Assembly (NCBI GenBank): GCA_049976305.1
Contig: JBMFIM010000004.1
Location: 1-54,936, forward strand
DNA from: Candidatus Micrarchaeia archaeon
GTDB taxonomy: Archaea > Micrarchaeota > Micrarchaeia > Micrarchaeales > CABMGC01
Direction: 5' to 3'
DNA length: 54,936 nucleotides
Shown: piece after piece, positions 37,791 through 46,888 of the stretch
How positions within the stretch are numbered: position 1 is the first letter of the stretch
Layout: each line of letters starts with the position of its first letter
Notes under the pieces: generated by a model
Told to the model about the DNA's origin: nothing
Database searches by the model: none
The model's input: only the letters and a program-made list of their open reading frames with translations
Program-made: the position numbers and the translations under genes

Positions 37791-38445
37791 CTGCAAGGGC
37801 CAAGTAGGCAATGAGCGAAGAGGCTGCTGCGCAGGCAAGGTTTGAAGTGTACTTGTTGCCTACTCCTTTCTCTTCAAAATAGCCAAGCAAAGAGTCGACA
37901 ATATTGCCTAGAAATCCAGAAACAGCAACTACAACAACGCCAAATGCCCCTATTCCCACAATCGGCAAAGTCAAAGCAATTATCAAAGCCCCTACAAAGC
38001 TCGATACAGTGCCTAGCCAGGTAACACCGCCAGAAGTTCCTTTCTTGACCTTTTGCATTGTGAGCAGCATAAGCGGCGTGCCGTCAAGCACTCCTATCTC
38101 GCTTGCAAACTTGTCGGCAGTTATGCCGCTAATGCTTGCGGCATAGACCAGTATGAGAAGCTTTGCAGAAGCAAAGTGGTAAATGCCATTGGCAAAGAAC
38201 AAAGCGGCAAGGACTACTGCTATTCCGCCATTGGCAAGCACGTTTTTCCAGCCTCTTGCACGCTCGTATTGGCCAAGCTGCTTTTTCTGCCAAACTCCCA
38301 GCTCAGTCACAAGCGCTGAAAGCATGAGAAAGAGCAGAAGCAAGAATAGGAAATAGGCGCCGGCATAAGAGCCAAGGAGCAGCACAGCTATTCCCATCAG
38401 CACAGCAGACACAAGGCCTTTCGAATCTAAGGTATAGACTCTCAT
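37783..38445 (-). CDS. DUF92/TMEM19 family membrane protein
   Basis: RGWKNVLANGG, ADKFASEIG, GTSGGVT.LGT, VDSLLG. Confidence 0.9.
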   Translation of the reverse strand: MRVYTLDSKGLVSAVLMGIAVLLLGSYAGAYFLFLLLLFLMLSALVTELGVWQKKQLGQYERARGWKNVLANGGIAVVLAALFFANGIYHFASAKLLILVYAASISGITADKFASEIGVLDGTPLMLLTMQKVKKGTSGGVTWLGTVSSFVGALIIALTLPIVGIGAFGVVVVAVSGFLGNIVDSLLGYFEEKGVGNKYTSNLACAAASSLIAYLALAAI

Positions 38446-38534
38446 AGCACCAATGCTACCATTTTTATGGAATGCCTGGAAAACGCAAGGTTTTTAAATC
38501 TAAATAATGCCATAATATCAGTCATACGAATCCT

Positions 38535-38912
38535 CTACTGTGGGGAGGTATGAAACTGGTCGCCTTGCCAGCGCGCGTCCCACGCGCGTGCTGGCCTATT
38601 TCTTCTTTCCTCTATAACCTTGCTGGCATATTCCTCAATGCTCTTTATTGTGCCGCTTGTCTTCAAGCTCCAAAGCGCTATTTCCTCTTGGCCTATGCTT
38701 CTTGTCAAAGCAGTCGCCTCTATAAGCTTGCCTTCATAGCCCCTGATGCACCTTATTACAAACAAATCTTTGTCGAAAAACTTTATTATGCTTAGGTCTG
38801 CAAGCGCGTAAGCCAAGCCCAGCCTGGGTCGCAGGGCTTCTAGCAATTGCTTTGCCTGAACAGGCTTTGAAGCGAGCACAAGCACATACCTATGCTTTTT
38901 CCTTACTAGCAT
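38535..38912 (-). CDS. Ribonuclease P protein component Pop5/Rpp14
   Basis: RKKHRYVLV, FVIRC, KTSGTIKS; adjacent to Rpp30. Confidence 0.82.
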   Translation of the reverse strand: MLVRKKHRYVLVLASKPVQAKQLLEALRPRLGLAYALADLSIIKFFDKDLFVIRCIRGYEGKLIEATALTRSIGQEEIALWSLKTSGTIKSIEEYASKVIEERRNRPARAWDARWQGDQFHTSPQ

Positions 38913-39384
38913 CTAGCCACCTTAGCATGGACTTTGCCTCTGGCATGTCGGCGCCTAGCAGCATGGCCAAGCGGATTAGCTGCATTGGCGAGAACAGCTC
39001 AAGGTCTTTTTTTGCAAAGCTTGCTATTACTGGCAATGCCTTTGCACGCTTAGCCCTGGCAAAAGCGAAGCTTGCGTGCTTAAGCCTTAGCTCATTAGCT
39101 ATGAACGCCCTCGCACTTATAGCAAACACCTTCCTATCCTCGCCCAAAGCCTTGAAGACCTGTTCGCCTATAGGCTTGCTGAATTCTGAAACGGCGCCTA
39201 TGCACATCGGGCTTTTTATAAGCTTGGCTGCCTGGGAGTCACCCATGAGATCAAGAGCCACAAGCAGGTTTTTTGCCTGCTTTGTGCCTATGTTTACATC
39301 CTTGCCTATAATCAAGGCCTTTTTGAAGCCAAGAAGGTGTAAAAGATCTAGGCTTACGCCGTTTTCAACTATGTCCGCGTACAC
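38890..39384 (-). CDS. Ribonuclease P protein component Rpp30-like (shortened)
   Basis: C-terminal PVIASFAKKDLELFSPMQLIRLAMLLGADMPEAK pattern; adjacent to Pop5. Confidence 0.68.
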   Translation of the reverse strand: MYADIVENGVSLDLLHLLGFKKALIIGKDVNIGTKQAKNLLVALDLMGDSQAAKLIKSPMCIGAVSEFSKPIGEQVFKALGEDRKVFAISARAFIANELRLKHASFAFARAKRAKALPVIASFAKKDLELFSPMQLIRLAMLLGADMPEAKSMLRWLDASKEKA

Positions 39385-39392
39385 GCATGCAC

Positions 39393-40619
39393 CTAATCGG
39401 CCTTGCCTTCTTCGCCAGCAGGTCCTTTTTCCAAAAACAGGCTTTTCTCTATGGTTTCTTTTATCTTCTCAGGAGAGTAAAGCAGCTTGATAAGCTTTGT
39501 GTGGCCCTTTATTCCCTTGCCAGATTCAAAGGTTGTTATAAGGCCCTGCATCTCCAAGTCTGCCAAGTATTTCCTGTACCACCTTGCCTTCTTGGGCTCC
39601 ATATGAAGCTGCTCGGCTATCGCCACGTATTTGTTGTAGACCTCGCCGCTCATTAAGTACACATCAGTGCCGTCTGCCAGCTTCTTGAACCTTGCGCCGT
39701 GGCTTGTGAGCAAAGCAATTGCGTAAAGCAGAAGCCTCTGGTGCTCGGGCAGAGTTGCTACAGCTTCATAGGCGATCTCCTCTTCTGCATCTTTCTCAGC
39801 CTCTTCCACTTCTTTCACGGTAACCATTGGCAGCTTCCTCTCTTCAGCAATTTCTCCTGCTTTTGAAATTATTTCCAGGGCAAGCCTTGCGTCGCCGCTT
39901 TCCTTGGCAGCTATCGCAGCTGCGAGGTTTATGCTTTCCTCATCGATCTTCCCTGGTTTGAAGCCTTTCGCAGCTCTATCCTTCAAAATGGCCGCGAGCT
40001 CGTTGGCGTTGTAAGGAGGAAACACGATCTCGTTCTCGTAAAGCGAAGACAGGCTCCTTGGGTCAAGCTCTTCCTTGAAATTGAGCTTGTTTGATATGCC
40101 CACGATTACCACGCCGCCCTGCTTTAGGTCGCTGTTGGCCCTGGCAAGCGTGTAAACAAGGTCGTCTAAGTCCTTTACCATGTCTATCTCGTCAAGCACT
40201 ACTATCAGTATTTTGCCGTCTTCCTCTATCCAGCTTATTAGCTTCTCGTAAATCTCAGCAACGCCGTAGCCGCGCTTGGCATAAAAGGGCAGGTGGTCGC
40301 TGACAATCTTGCTCAGGACCCTGAACCTTGAATTGTATATCCTGCAGTTTACATAGCTAACCTTCGCCCTTATCTGCGGCAGCTTGTTTATCTCATCGAT
40401 GACGTGCTTTATGCATGAGGTCTTGCCCGTGCCAGTCTTTCCATATATGAACAAATTCCTCCCGCGCTCGCCTTTCAGCGAGGGCGCTATTGTGCGTTCT
40501 ATAGCCTCTATCTGGGCGCCTCTAAAAAGAAGGTTTTCCGGAACGTAATGAGGGGAAAGCACGCTTCTGTCTGCAAAAATCTCTGACTCTTTTAGCAACT
40601 CCTCGAAAGGCTCGGCCAC
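39393..40619 (-). CDS. cdc6: Orc1/Cdc6 replication initiator
   Basis: LSPHYVPENLLFR, IYGKTGTGKT, VNC, VLDEID, FPPYNANEL, GDARLAL, C-terminal winged helix. Confidence 0.96.
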   Translation of the reverse strand: MAEPFEELLKESEIFADRSVLSPHYVPENLLFRGAQIEAIERTIAPSLKGERGRNLFIYGKTGTGKTSCIKHVIDEINKLPQIRAKVSYVNCRIYNSRFRVLSKIVSDHLPFYAKRGYGVAEIYEKLISWIEEDGKILIVVLDEIDMVKDLDDLVYTLARANSDLKQGGVVIVGISNKLNFKEELDPRSLSSLYENEIVFPPYNANELAAILKDRAAKGFKPGKIDEESINLAAAIAAKESGDARLALEIISKAGEIAEERKLPMVTVKEVEEAEKDAEEEIAYEAVATLPEHQRLLLYAIALLTSHGARFKKLADGTDVYLMSGEVYNKYVAIAEQLHMEPKKARWYRKYLADLEMQGLITTFESGKGIKGHTKLIKLLYSPEKIKETIEKSLFLEKGPAGEEGKAD

Positions 40620-40635
40620 AGCACTCCCCCAGTAA

Positions 40636-41421
40636 CTAATGCAACATATCCTTTAATTTGCTTGCTATTCTTATAAACTCTTCCCTTATTTCGCTGTCTT
40701 CTTCTACAGGCACTTTGCCCGAATCGCTAAACTTGTTGAATTTTTCATTGTAAGGAATTGTACCAAGGAGCTCTGTGTTGAGCGCTTCTGCAACTTCCTT
40801 GCCACCACCAAGGTTATCTGCTGTCGACATGTTCTCTATTACTCCAAGCACTGCAACATTTAACCTCTTGATCATGAGCCCCGAGCGTATGGTGTTCAAA
40901 GCTGCTATGTGCTGAGGAGTTGTGACAAGTATGAAGCCATCCATGTCTAGAAGCTGCATTATGCTTAGCGGCGAATCGCTAGTGCCAGGAGGCAGGTCTA
41001 TCACAAGGTAGTCGAGCTCCCCCCATGCAGTGTTCTGCATAAAGTCCTCAACCAGCTTTGCTATAAGGGGCCCGCGCCAAATTATCGGCTTTTTGGAATC
41101 GTCCATGAAAAGCGACGAGGAGATGACCTTTACGCCATCTTTCTCAACCGGCTTTAATGGATACGCGCCCTCCGCCCTCTGGTTTATCCCAAGAAACAAA
41201 GCAACATTGGGCGTGTCGATGTCGGCATCGAGCAGGCCTACTTTGTAGCCGAGCTCCTTAAGCGCATAGGCCAGGTTTATTGCTATAGTTGTTTTGCCAG
41301 TTCCCCCTTTTGCACTGTAAATTCCTATTTTGTGCTTCACCTTTTCCAAGTTGGCCTTTACCAACTGCTTTTTCGAAAGCACCGCTGCTATGAAGTTCTG
41401 ATTACCAGCTTGTTCTTGCAT
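40636..41421 (-). CDS. Mrp/NBP35-family ATPase lacking cysteines
   Basis: SAKGGTGKTT, LLDADI, IWRGP, WGELDYLVIDLPPGTSD, VTTPQ, GVIENMS. Confidence 0.9.
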   Translation of the reverse strand: MQEQAGNQNFIAAVLSKKQLVKANLEKVKHKIGIYSAKGGTGKTTIAINLAYALKELGYKVGLLDADIDTPNVALFLGINQRAEGAYPLKPVEKDGVKVISSSLFMDDSKKPIIWRGPLIAKLVEDFMQNTAWGELDYLVIDLPPGTSDSPLSIMQLLDMDGFILVTTPQHIAALNTIRSGLMIKRLNVAVLGVIENMSTADNLGGGKEVAEALNTELLGTIPYNEKFNKFSDSGKVPVEEDSEIREEFIRIASKLKDMLH

Positions 41422-41477
41422 AATTTAGAATAAGCAGGCAAAGTATAAATGCATATTCCATGAAACCGCATTAGTTT

Positions 41478-42500
41478 TTAGTTGCTCCTTATTTCAAAAT
41501 CAATTACCACTTCGTCTTCGCTGGGCGAGTAAGGCCTGACTACCCTGCTAAACAAGAACTTGACTTTCTTTCCTCTCTCTTCGAAAAACTCCTTTATCTT
41601 TTGCTCGTTTTCCTCTACCGCTTGCTTTGCTTTTCCAAAGCAGTAGTAATGCACAACGCATCTGTCTTTTGCGGCAACAAGCACAGAACCTAGGAAGGAA
41701 TAGGCACTCTTAGGCAAAGGCATCACTATGCGGTCAGCCCAGCCTTTGTATTTTTCCACTGCTTTTGCCACGTCTCCCTTTACTGCAACAACATTTGTAA
41801 CCTTGTTCAGCTTTATGTTTTCGACCATGCTTTTGTAGGCATTTGCGTTAAGCTCGATGGCGACGACATTGCAGGCTTTGCACGCTTTTGCAATCTCTAT
41901 GGCAAAAGGCCCAACGCCCGCAAACATCACCATCACATTCTCTGCCTTTTTGGCCTTTGCGACAAGCTCAGCAATTCTCTTGCGCTCATATGCTAGCCTT
42001 GAGGAAAAGAATACTTTCCTTATGTCAAACACGAACATCGCTCCATTTTCTCTATATGCCGCAACAAAATTCCTTTTGCCTAAGATGTGGACAAACTCTC
42101 TCGTGCGGTATTTGCCGCTTACTGCACTTTTTTTCATTACCACTGTCTTTACATTCGGATTTGCCTGCAAAATCGCCTTTGCAAGCTTTTTTGCATGTTT
42201 GGTTTCGTTTATGACGGCTATGTTACCAAGCAGGTCATAGGCCTTTGGCAAATCCTCCTTAATGAGCTTTCTTATGGATTCGCCCCTTTTCATTGTCTGC
42301 TTTTGAAATTTTACATTGCACAGTTCGCCACCTAGCTTTTTTATTTCGTTTAGCTCTTTTCTGCCTGGCCTTGCTATCAGTGGAATGTAGACAAGGTCAT
42401 TATTGCTGAATATCTTGTGTTCTAGATCTAGCAGGCCTGCTGCCCTTAAGTATTTCCTTAATTCCTCAGCCCTTATCTTTTCTATTTTTACTCCTTGCAT
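41478..42500 (-). CDS. trm5: tRNA (guanine37-N1) methyltransferase Trm5 / Taw2-like
   Basis: YDLLGNIAV, YRENG..F.FDIRKVFFSSRLAYERKRI, MFAGVGPFAI, ELNANA, DRIVMPLP. Confidence 0.85.
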   Translation of the reverse strand: MQGVKIEKIRAEELRKYLRAAGLLDLEHKIFSNNDLVYIPLIARPGRKELNEIKKLGGELCNVKFQKQTMKRGESIRKLIKEDLPKAYDLLGNIAVINETKHAKKLAKAILQANPNVKTVVMKKSAVSGKYRTREFVHILGKRNFVAAYRENGAMFVFDIRKVFFSSRLAYERKRIAELVAKAKKAENVMVMFAGVGPFAIEIAKACKACNVVAIELNANAYKSMVENIKLNKVTNVVAVKGDVAKAVEKYKGWADRIVMPLPKSAYSFLGSVLVAAKDRCVVHYYCFGKAKQAVEENEQKIKEFFEERGKKVKFLFSRVVRPYSPSEDEVVIDFEIRSN

Positions 42501-42548
42501 ACAAACAAGCAATACACAAAAAGAGTTAATATTGGTTTTGAAAAGAAA

Positions 42549-42623
42549 CGGGCATGACGGGATTTGAACCCGCAACCAGCGGCTCCGCAAGCCGCCGTGC
42601 TATCCAAGTTACACCACATGCCC
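42549..42623 (-). tRNA. tRNA-Arg(GCG)
   Basis: Acceptor GGGCATG/CATGCCC; anticodon arm GCGGC-TTGCGGA-GCCGC; T loop TTCAAAT. Confidence 0.95.
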
Positions 42624-42690
42624 GCTTATCTTTATATACTTTGCTTCTTATATATTTACACCTGTTTTGATTTTAGTAATTGGTGAATTG

Positions 42691-42858
42691 ATGAATGATA
42701 GCCCTGGAAAGATTTGCACCTCATGCGGAAAGCTGACAAAAGACTATGTTGAGTTCAAATGCCCAAAGTGCAATGAAGGCGTAATAATAAGATGCAGGGA
42801 ATGCAGGGAAAATTTCAGAAGCTACAAATGTAGCGTATGCGGATTTGAGGGACCTTGA
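42691..42858 (+). CDS. Zn-ribbon protein (DUF1610 / HVO_2753 family)
   Basis: CTSC, FKCPKC, RCRECR, YKCSVCGFEGP; directly upstream of EF-1beta. Confidence 0.9.
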   Translation: MNDSPGKICTSCGKLTKDYVEFKCPKCNEGVIIRCRECRENFRSYKCSVCGFEGP

Positions 42859-43106
42859 TGGGCAACGTAGCCGTGCTTTTTAGAGTATACCCCGAAGAGG
42901 GGAAAGCAGAAGAGGTAAAAAAGGAGATAATAGACGCAATGAAGCCACAGAGCATAGCCTTGGAGGATGTTGCATTCGGAATAAAGGTGATAAAGGTTCT
43001 TTTCATACACGACGATTCCAAGGGCAGCTCAGAGTTTGAGGAAGGGCTTAAGAACCTAAAGGGAGTCAACGAAGTAGAAGTTTTAGAAGAAACCCTTATT
43101 TCATAA
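42858..43106 (+). CDS. ef1b: Elongation factor 1-beta
   Basis: MGNVAVLFRVYPE, EDVAFGIKVI, GVNEVEV; TGATG overlap. Confidence 0.92.
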   Translation: MGNVAVLFRVYPEEGKAEEVKKEIIDAMKPQSIALEDVAFGIKVIKVLFIHDDSKGSSEFEEGLKNLKGVNEVEVLEETLIS

Positions 43107-43120
43107 TTTCATCAATAATT

Positions 43121-43588
43121 TCATAAAGACTTTTCTATTCTCTTTGCTTCCTTTAACCTGGATTCTATCTTCTTCCAGTGTGAGCCATGCCAATAAACCC
43201 TGCCGCATTCTGGGCATTTGTAGAAAACGCGATAGCGCCTTGCTACTTTTTCCGGAAGCTTGATCTTAGATTTATCTACTCTGATAAGCCTTGCGTTGCA
43301 ATAAGGGCATATGCCAGATGGTTTTGTAGAAAGCCTAAGACCCAAATTCTTTGCAACAAATGCTAGCTGTTCCTCTATGCCGTTTCCCTTGACAAGCAGA
43401 GCTCGGAAATGCTGGCGCCTCGCCCTGTTCGCCAAAGCTTCATCTTGCGTCAGCAGCACGGCATGCCTTGTCCTCACGTATTTTATCAAAGAATCATCGC
43501 TGTTTGTTATTGCGTCTTCTATTTTATGCCCTCCAAGCCTAATCCACCGTGCAAGCTTTGCAAGCATCTTATCGGCAACGAGCCTCAT
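43121..43588 (-). CDS. Mut7-C RNase domain protein (DUF82)
   Basis: ADKMLAKLARWIRLGG, LLTQD, CPYCN, CPECGRVYWHGSHW. Confidence 0.92.
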   Translation of the reverse strand: MRLVADKMLAKLARWIRLGGHKIEDAITNSDDSLIKYVRTRHAVLLTQDEALANRARRQHFRALLVKGNGIEEQLAFVAKNLGLRLSTKPSGICPYCNARLIRVDKSKIKLPEKVARRYRVFYKCPECGRVYWHGSHWKKIESRLKEAKRIEKSL

Positions 43589-43600
43589 AAAAAGCCAGAC

Positions 43601-44239
43601 CTATTTCCAAGCACATATCCAGACAGTGCCCTTAACCCTGCTCGGCAAACGCTTTGCGTTGAAACCAACCTTTGCAAGAGTCTGCTCTATTATTTCTACA
43701 GGGCCAAATGAATTGTAGGCAAGAATCTGCATGCGATATACTTTGCTGAAATCAACACAGCATTCAAGTGCGAAGAATTCGCAGCCATCGCAGTTTATCT
43801 TGAGCACAGCGTTATCTTCAACCTTGTTTAGCACAGTATCCAAACCCAAGACCTCTATTTCATCGCCATTGCCCAATTCCAAAGGTGCGTATGCTTCCTC
43901 TTTTATGTCCTTAACCTTAAGCTTGTAGCTTGAGCCAGGCTTGCCTATCGCGGCGTTGAACAGCTTTATTTTTTCTTTTCTTGGGCTTCTGCTTACGTTG
44001 GCTTTGAGTGCTTCAAAATTGCTTTTGTAGGGCTCGAAGGCCCAAACCTCTTTTATGTTAGGCTGCATTGCAAAATAAAGAGCGGTATCGCCGACATAAG
44101 CACCTACGTCTATGGCAATGGTGTTGGGCTTTAGACCGCTGACAAGCCAGAGATAATCCTCATAGACGAAAGTACTGGTAAATATCTCGAGCGCGTCTCT
44201 TTCTACTTTCCTAAATGGGAAATGACTGGAAAGGGCCAC
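43601..44239 (-). CDS. FkbM family SAM-dependent methyltransferase
   Basis: IDVGAYVGDTALYFA, AFEP, LKINCDGCE. Confidence 0.88.
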   Translation of the reverse strand: MALSSHFPFRKVERDALEIFTSTFVYEDYLWLVSGLKPNTIAIDVGAYVGDTALYFAMQPNIKEVWAFEPYKSNFEALKANVSRSPRKEKIKLFNAAIGKPGSSYKLKVKDIKEEAYAPLELGNGDEIEVLGLDTVLNKVEDNAVLKINCDGCEFFALECCVDFSKVYRMQILAYNSFGPVEIIEQTLAKVGFNAKRLPSRVKGTVWICAWK

Positions 44240-44280
44240 ATTAAAAACATTACAGGCAGAATTTAAAAAGAGAATAGATA

Positions 44281-44364
44281 TGCGCCGACCGGGATTTGAA
44301 CCCGGGTTTCGAGCTGTTTCCTCGTTTGGGAAGCTCGCATCCTACCAGGCTAGATTATCGGCGC
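44281..44364 (-). tRNA. tRNA-Gly(CCC) with an 11-nt intron at the canonical 37/38 position (44316..44326)
   Basis: Acceptor GCGCCGA/TCGGCGC; CGAGC-TTCCCA[AACGAGGAAAC]A-GCTCG; TTCC/GGAA central helix. Confidence 0.93.
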
Positions 44365-44415
44365 TATAGGAAATAACACATGAAAAGTTTATGATACTTG
44401 AAGCAAAAGGAAAAG

Positions 44416-45183
44416 CTACCTTATGTAGTTTGGATGCTCTCCGACCTTTGGAGCGCCTTCCTTGCCCGCTGCTTCTTCTAGCTCTTTGATGAGCTTTTCT
44501 GTCTCGTGCTGTATTGCTACAAGCTCGTTCAGGTTTATTTTGAGGTCAAACATCTTGACTAGAAGCTGGAGCACGCTTCTGGCCGCATTAGCGTCCACTT
44601 CAAGCAGACCCGTTTCACCCATTATGCACGCCGACGGCATCTTTGCGCGATCCGCAAAGGCCATGACAAGACCCGCTGCGCCTATTATTGACAGATTGGG
44701 CGTTGCACCTATCATCACGCCAAGCTTTGAAAGTCTTTCTTTGAGGGATTTGTTGTTGGTAACGCCAAACACCCTAGGATTTTGTATTATCCTCGCCTCT
44801 GCACTGTAGCCGCCTATGGTATAGACCTCCTTGCCGCCCAAAGACTTGAAGAATTTTACTATCATGTCGTTGACTTCGTATTGGCCTTCGGAGGTCGCGG
44901 GCTGGTAGTCTCCTATGAGTAGGACAAGGTCGTTTCCTTTCTTGTTCGGGTTTTTATAATAGAAGAATCTGTTGCTTACAAGCCTGTGCCCTCCATCTGG
45001 AGTCACTATTACCAAATAAGGAAAATGCTGCGAATAAAGCTGCGCGAATTCCTTCGCGTTAAGCTGCTGAATCAGATACTGGACTACTAGGCTGCCAACG
45101 TTGCCTATCCCTGGCAAGCCCACTAGCAAAATTGGGTTGTGAAGCTTTACTTTTTTTGCTACTATGTGAGTCTTCATGCTCAT
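44416..45183 (-). CDS. Proteasome assembly chaperone PAC2 family protein (second paralog)
   Basis: VGLPGIGNVG, YSQHFP, GDYQP, IGGY, IIGAAGL, GET, C-terminal YIR; follows aIF2-alpha as is typical. Confidence 0.9.
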   Translation of the reverse strand: MSMKTHIVAKKVKLHNPILLVGLPGIGNVGSLVVQYLIQQLNAKEFAQLYSQHFPYLVIVTPDGGHRLVSNRFFYYKNPNKKGNDLVLLIGDYQPATSEGQYEVNDMIVKFFKSLGGKEVYTIGGYSAEARIIQNPRVFGVTNNKSLKERLSKLGVMIGATPNLSIIGAAGLVMAFADRAKMPSACIMGETGLLEVDANAARSVLQLLVKMFDLKINLNELVAIQHETEKLIKELEEAAGKEGAPKVGEHPNYIR

Positions 45184-45938
45184 ACCTTCGTAAGTACGTA
45201 GTTAAGCTGGTGCTTGTAGCTGCTTAGCAAGTTCTCGCCTGATTTTATTATGCTCTCTGCCTTTGGATAAGTCTCTGCCTTTGTCTTTAGCAAGTAATGT
45301 GGTGCACCTTCATAAATTATATTTATCCCCAATTTTTCAAGCTGGCCCAAGACCTGCTTTAGGGTATAGATATTGGCCTGGCCGTTTCTTGCACTAAGCT
45401 CAAGCTTATAAGAGACCTCGTATACCTTAGGTTTTATGTTCTTCTCTGCTATCTCATAAAGCACATTTGCAAGGCTGCTTCCCAACAGCTTCTCTATTCT
45501 CTGGTCCTTGTTGTATGCAGCATTTATCAACTCGGTATAGGTGGCAAAGGCTGTAGCAAGCTTTTGTATCACTGCCTTATCGTCTGCTGTGCCCGCCTTC
45601 TTCAAAGCCTGCCTGAACAACTGCTCCGACCTTTTCTCAAGCCCATACTCTGCAAGCTTGTCCTTCTTTTCCTTTGTGCTTACCTTTTTCAGCGAAACGT
45701 CTACGGCCCTTTTTTCTGGGTCTACGAATATGACCTTCGCCACATCGCTCTGGCCTTCCTTTATGAATTCGTGTATGTTCTTAATCCAGCCTGTTGCAAC
45801 CTCCGCTATAGGCAAATACGCGTCTATGTTGTACTCTGTGAGCGTGCAATACGCGCCAAAGGGCATTACCTTGTTTATCTTTATCAGTACTACTTCCCCT
45901 TCCTCAGGCAAAGGCTTTGGCACTATCAAGCAAACCAC
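45180..45938 (-). CDS. eif2a: Translation initiation factor 2 subunit alpha
   Basis: PEEGEVV, S1 domain GAYCTLTEY, EVATGWIKNI, VDVSLKKV, GAPHY. Confidence 0.93.
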   Translation of the reverse strand: MVCLIVPKPLPEEGEVVLIKINKVMPFGAYCTLTEYNIDAYLPIAEVATGWIKNIHEFIKEGQSDVAKVIFVDPEKRAVDVSLKKVSTKEKKDKLAEYGLEKRSEQLFRQALKKAGTADDKAVIQKLATAFATYTELINAAYNKDQRIEKLLGSSLANVLYEIAEKNIKPKVYEVSYKLELSARNGQANIYTLKQVLGQLEKLGINIIYEGAPHYLLKTKAETYPKAESIIKSGENLLSSYKHQLNYVLTKV

Positions 45939-45982
45939 TTCTTAAATTTATGATCAGACAAAAATAACAAAGCAACAATAAA

Positions 45983-46264
45983 TCATTTCTTGATTTCTAT
46001 CTTTTTCTTTGTTCTCTTAGGAAATACCCTTATCACAGACTTCTTGCAGACTGTGCACTCGAGCAGCACCCTTTGCTTCTTGCCCTGCTTCTTTACTATG
46101 AGCCTAGGCTCTACACTTCCTACATACCCGCTTGCTGTCCTTTCATGCTTCCTGTTCCTGAACGAGTTTGGCCTTATTTTGCCTGTTGGCACAGGCCTAA
46201 CGTTATGAAGCGTGTGCTTCTTGCAATATGGGCAGTATGCCATTATCTGCTTTTCAATCTTCAT
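45983..46264 (-). CDS. rpl44e: 50S ribosomal protein L44e
   Basis: YCPYCKKHTLH, GYVG, LECTVCKK. Confidence 0.92.
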   Translation of the reverse strand: MKIEKQIMAYCPYCKKHTLHNVRPVPTGKIRPNSFRNRKHERTASGYVGSVEPRLIVKKQGKKQRVLLECTVCKKSVIRVFPKRTKKKIEIKK

Positions 46265-46266
46265 TA

Positions 46267-46725
46267 TCACACCTTTTCTCCTATGCTATTCATGAGCACA
46301 AACTCAGCATCTTCCTCGCTTATTTCAACAACCTCTCCTGTCTTGAAAGGCCCAAGCTCCTTGCCGCTTGGCGTTACAATCTTAGGCAGGTCTGTTTTTA
46401 TTTTTATCTTTACAGTGTGCGAGGAGTTATTGCTAATTAATTTAGCTACTTCATTATATAAACTTTCCTCTTCCTCAGGTATAGGCTTCGGGAGAGGCTT
46501 ACCATAGGCAAGATAGATGAGCAGCTTCTGTTTTCTTTTCTCCTTTATCATGCTGAGCAGCTTTCTTGCATTCTCCGCTTCTGTTGCATTGCCGGCTGCC
46601 GCCAAGTCGTTTATATACTTTTCTGCTATCGCATAGAAATCAGCAGGCATCGGGAGGAGCTCTCCTGTATTGCGCTCGGACTTGAGCTTGTTGAACAAAT
46701 CAGTTATGCTAATGTACTCTGCCAT
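46267..46725 (-). CDS. DNA replication GINS family protein (Gins15/51-like)
   Basis: ER..ELLPMPADFY, KRKQKL, EEESLY, DLPKIVTPSGKELGPFKTGEVV; upstream of L44e. Confidence 0.8.
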   Translation of the reverse strand: MAEYISITDLFNKLKSERNTGELLPMPADFYAIAEKYINDLAAAGNATEAENARKLLSMIKEKRKQKLLIYLAYGKPLPKPIPEEEESLYNEVAKLISNNSSHTVKIKIKTDLPKIVTPSGKELGPFKTGEVVEISEEDAEFVLMNSIGEKV

Positions 46726-46784
46726 GCAGCTTCCCCCTCTAATGACTTAATCAAAAAACTAATTTAAGTCTTTGCCAAACTTTT

Positions 46785-46844
46785 TAGCAGCGGCCCGCTC
46801 TCATGTGTCTCTGAAGAGCCGGGGTTTCCAGCTCACGTTGTTAA
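46785..46844 (-). mobile_element. Second copy of the IS200/IS605-like end hairpin seen at 4632..4691
   Basis: TAGCAGCGGCCCGCTCTCATGTGTCTCTGAAGAGCCGGGGTTTCC vs TAGCAGCAGTTCGCTCTCATGTGCCTCTGAAGAGCGCGGATTTCC. Confidence 0.7.
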
Positions 46845-46888
46845 CGACGATAAAAAGATTTATAATTTGTCAGGATCCTATTTAACAC

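Noticed and set aside
39393..41477. Replication origin next to cdc6
   Set aside because: cdc6 is embedded in an operon with very short spacers, and no ORB-like repeats are visible
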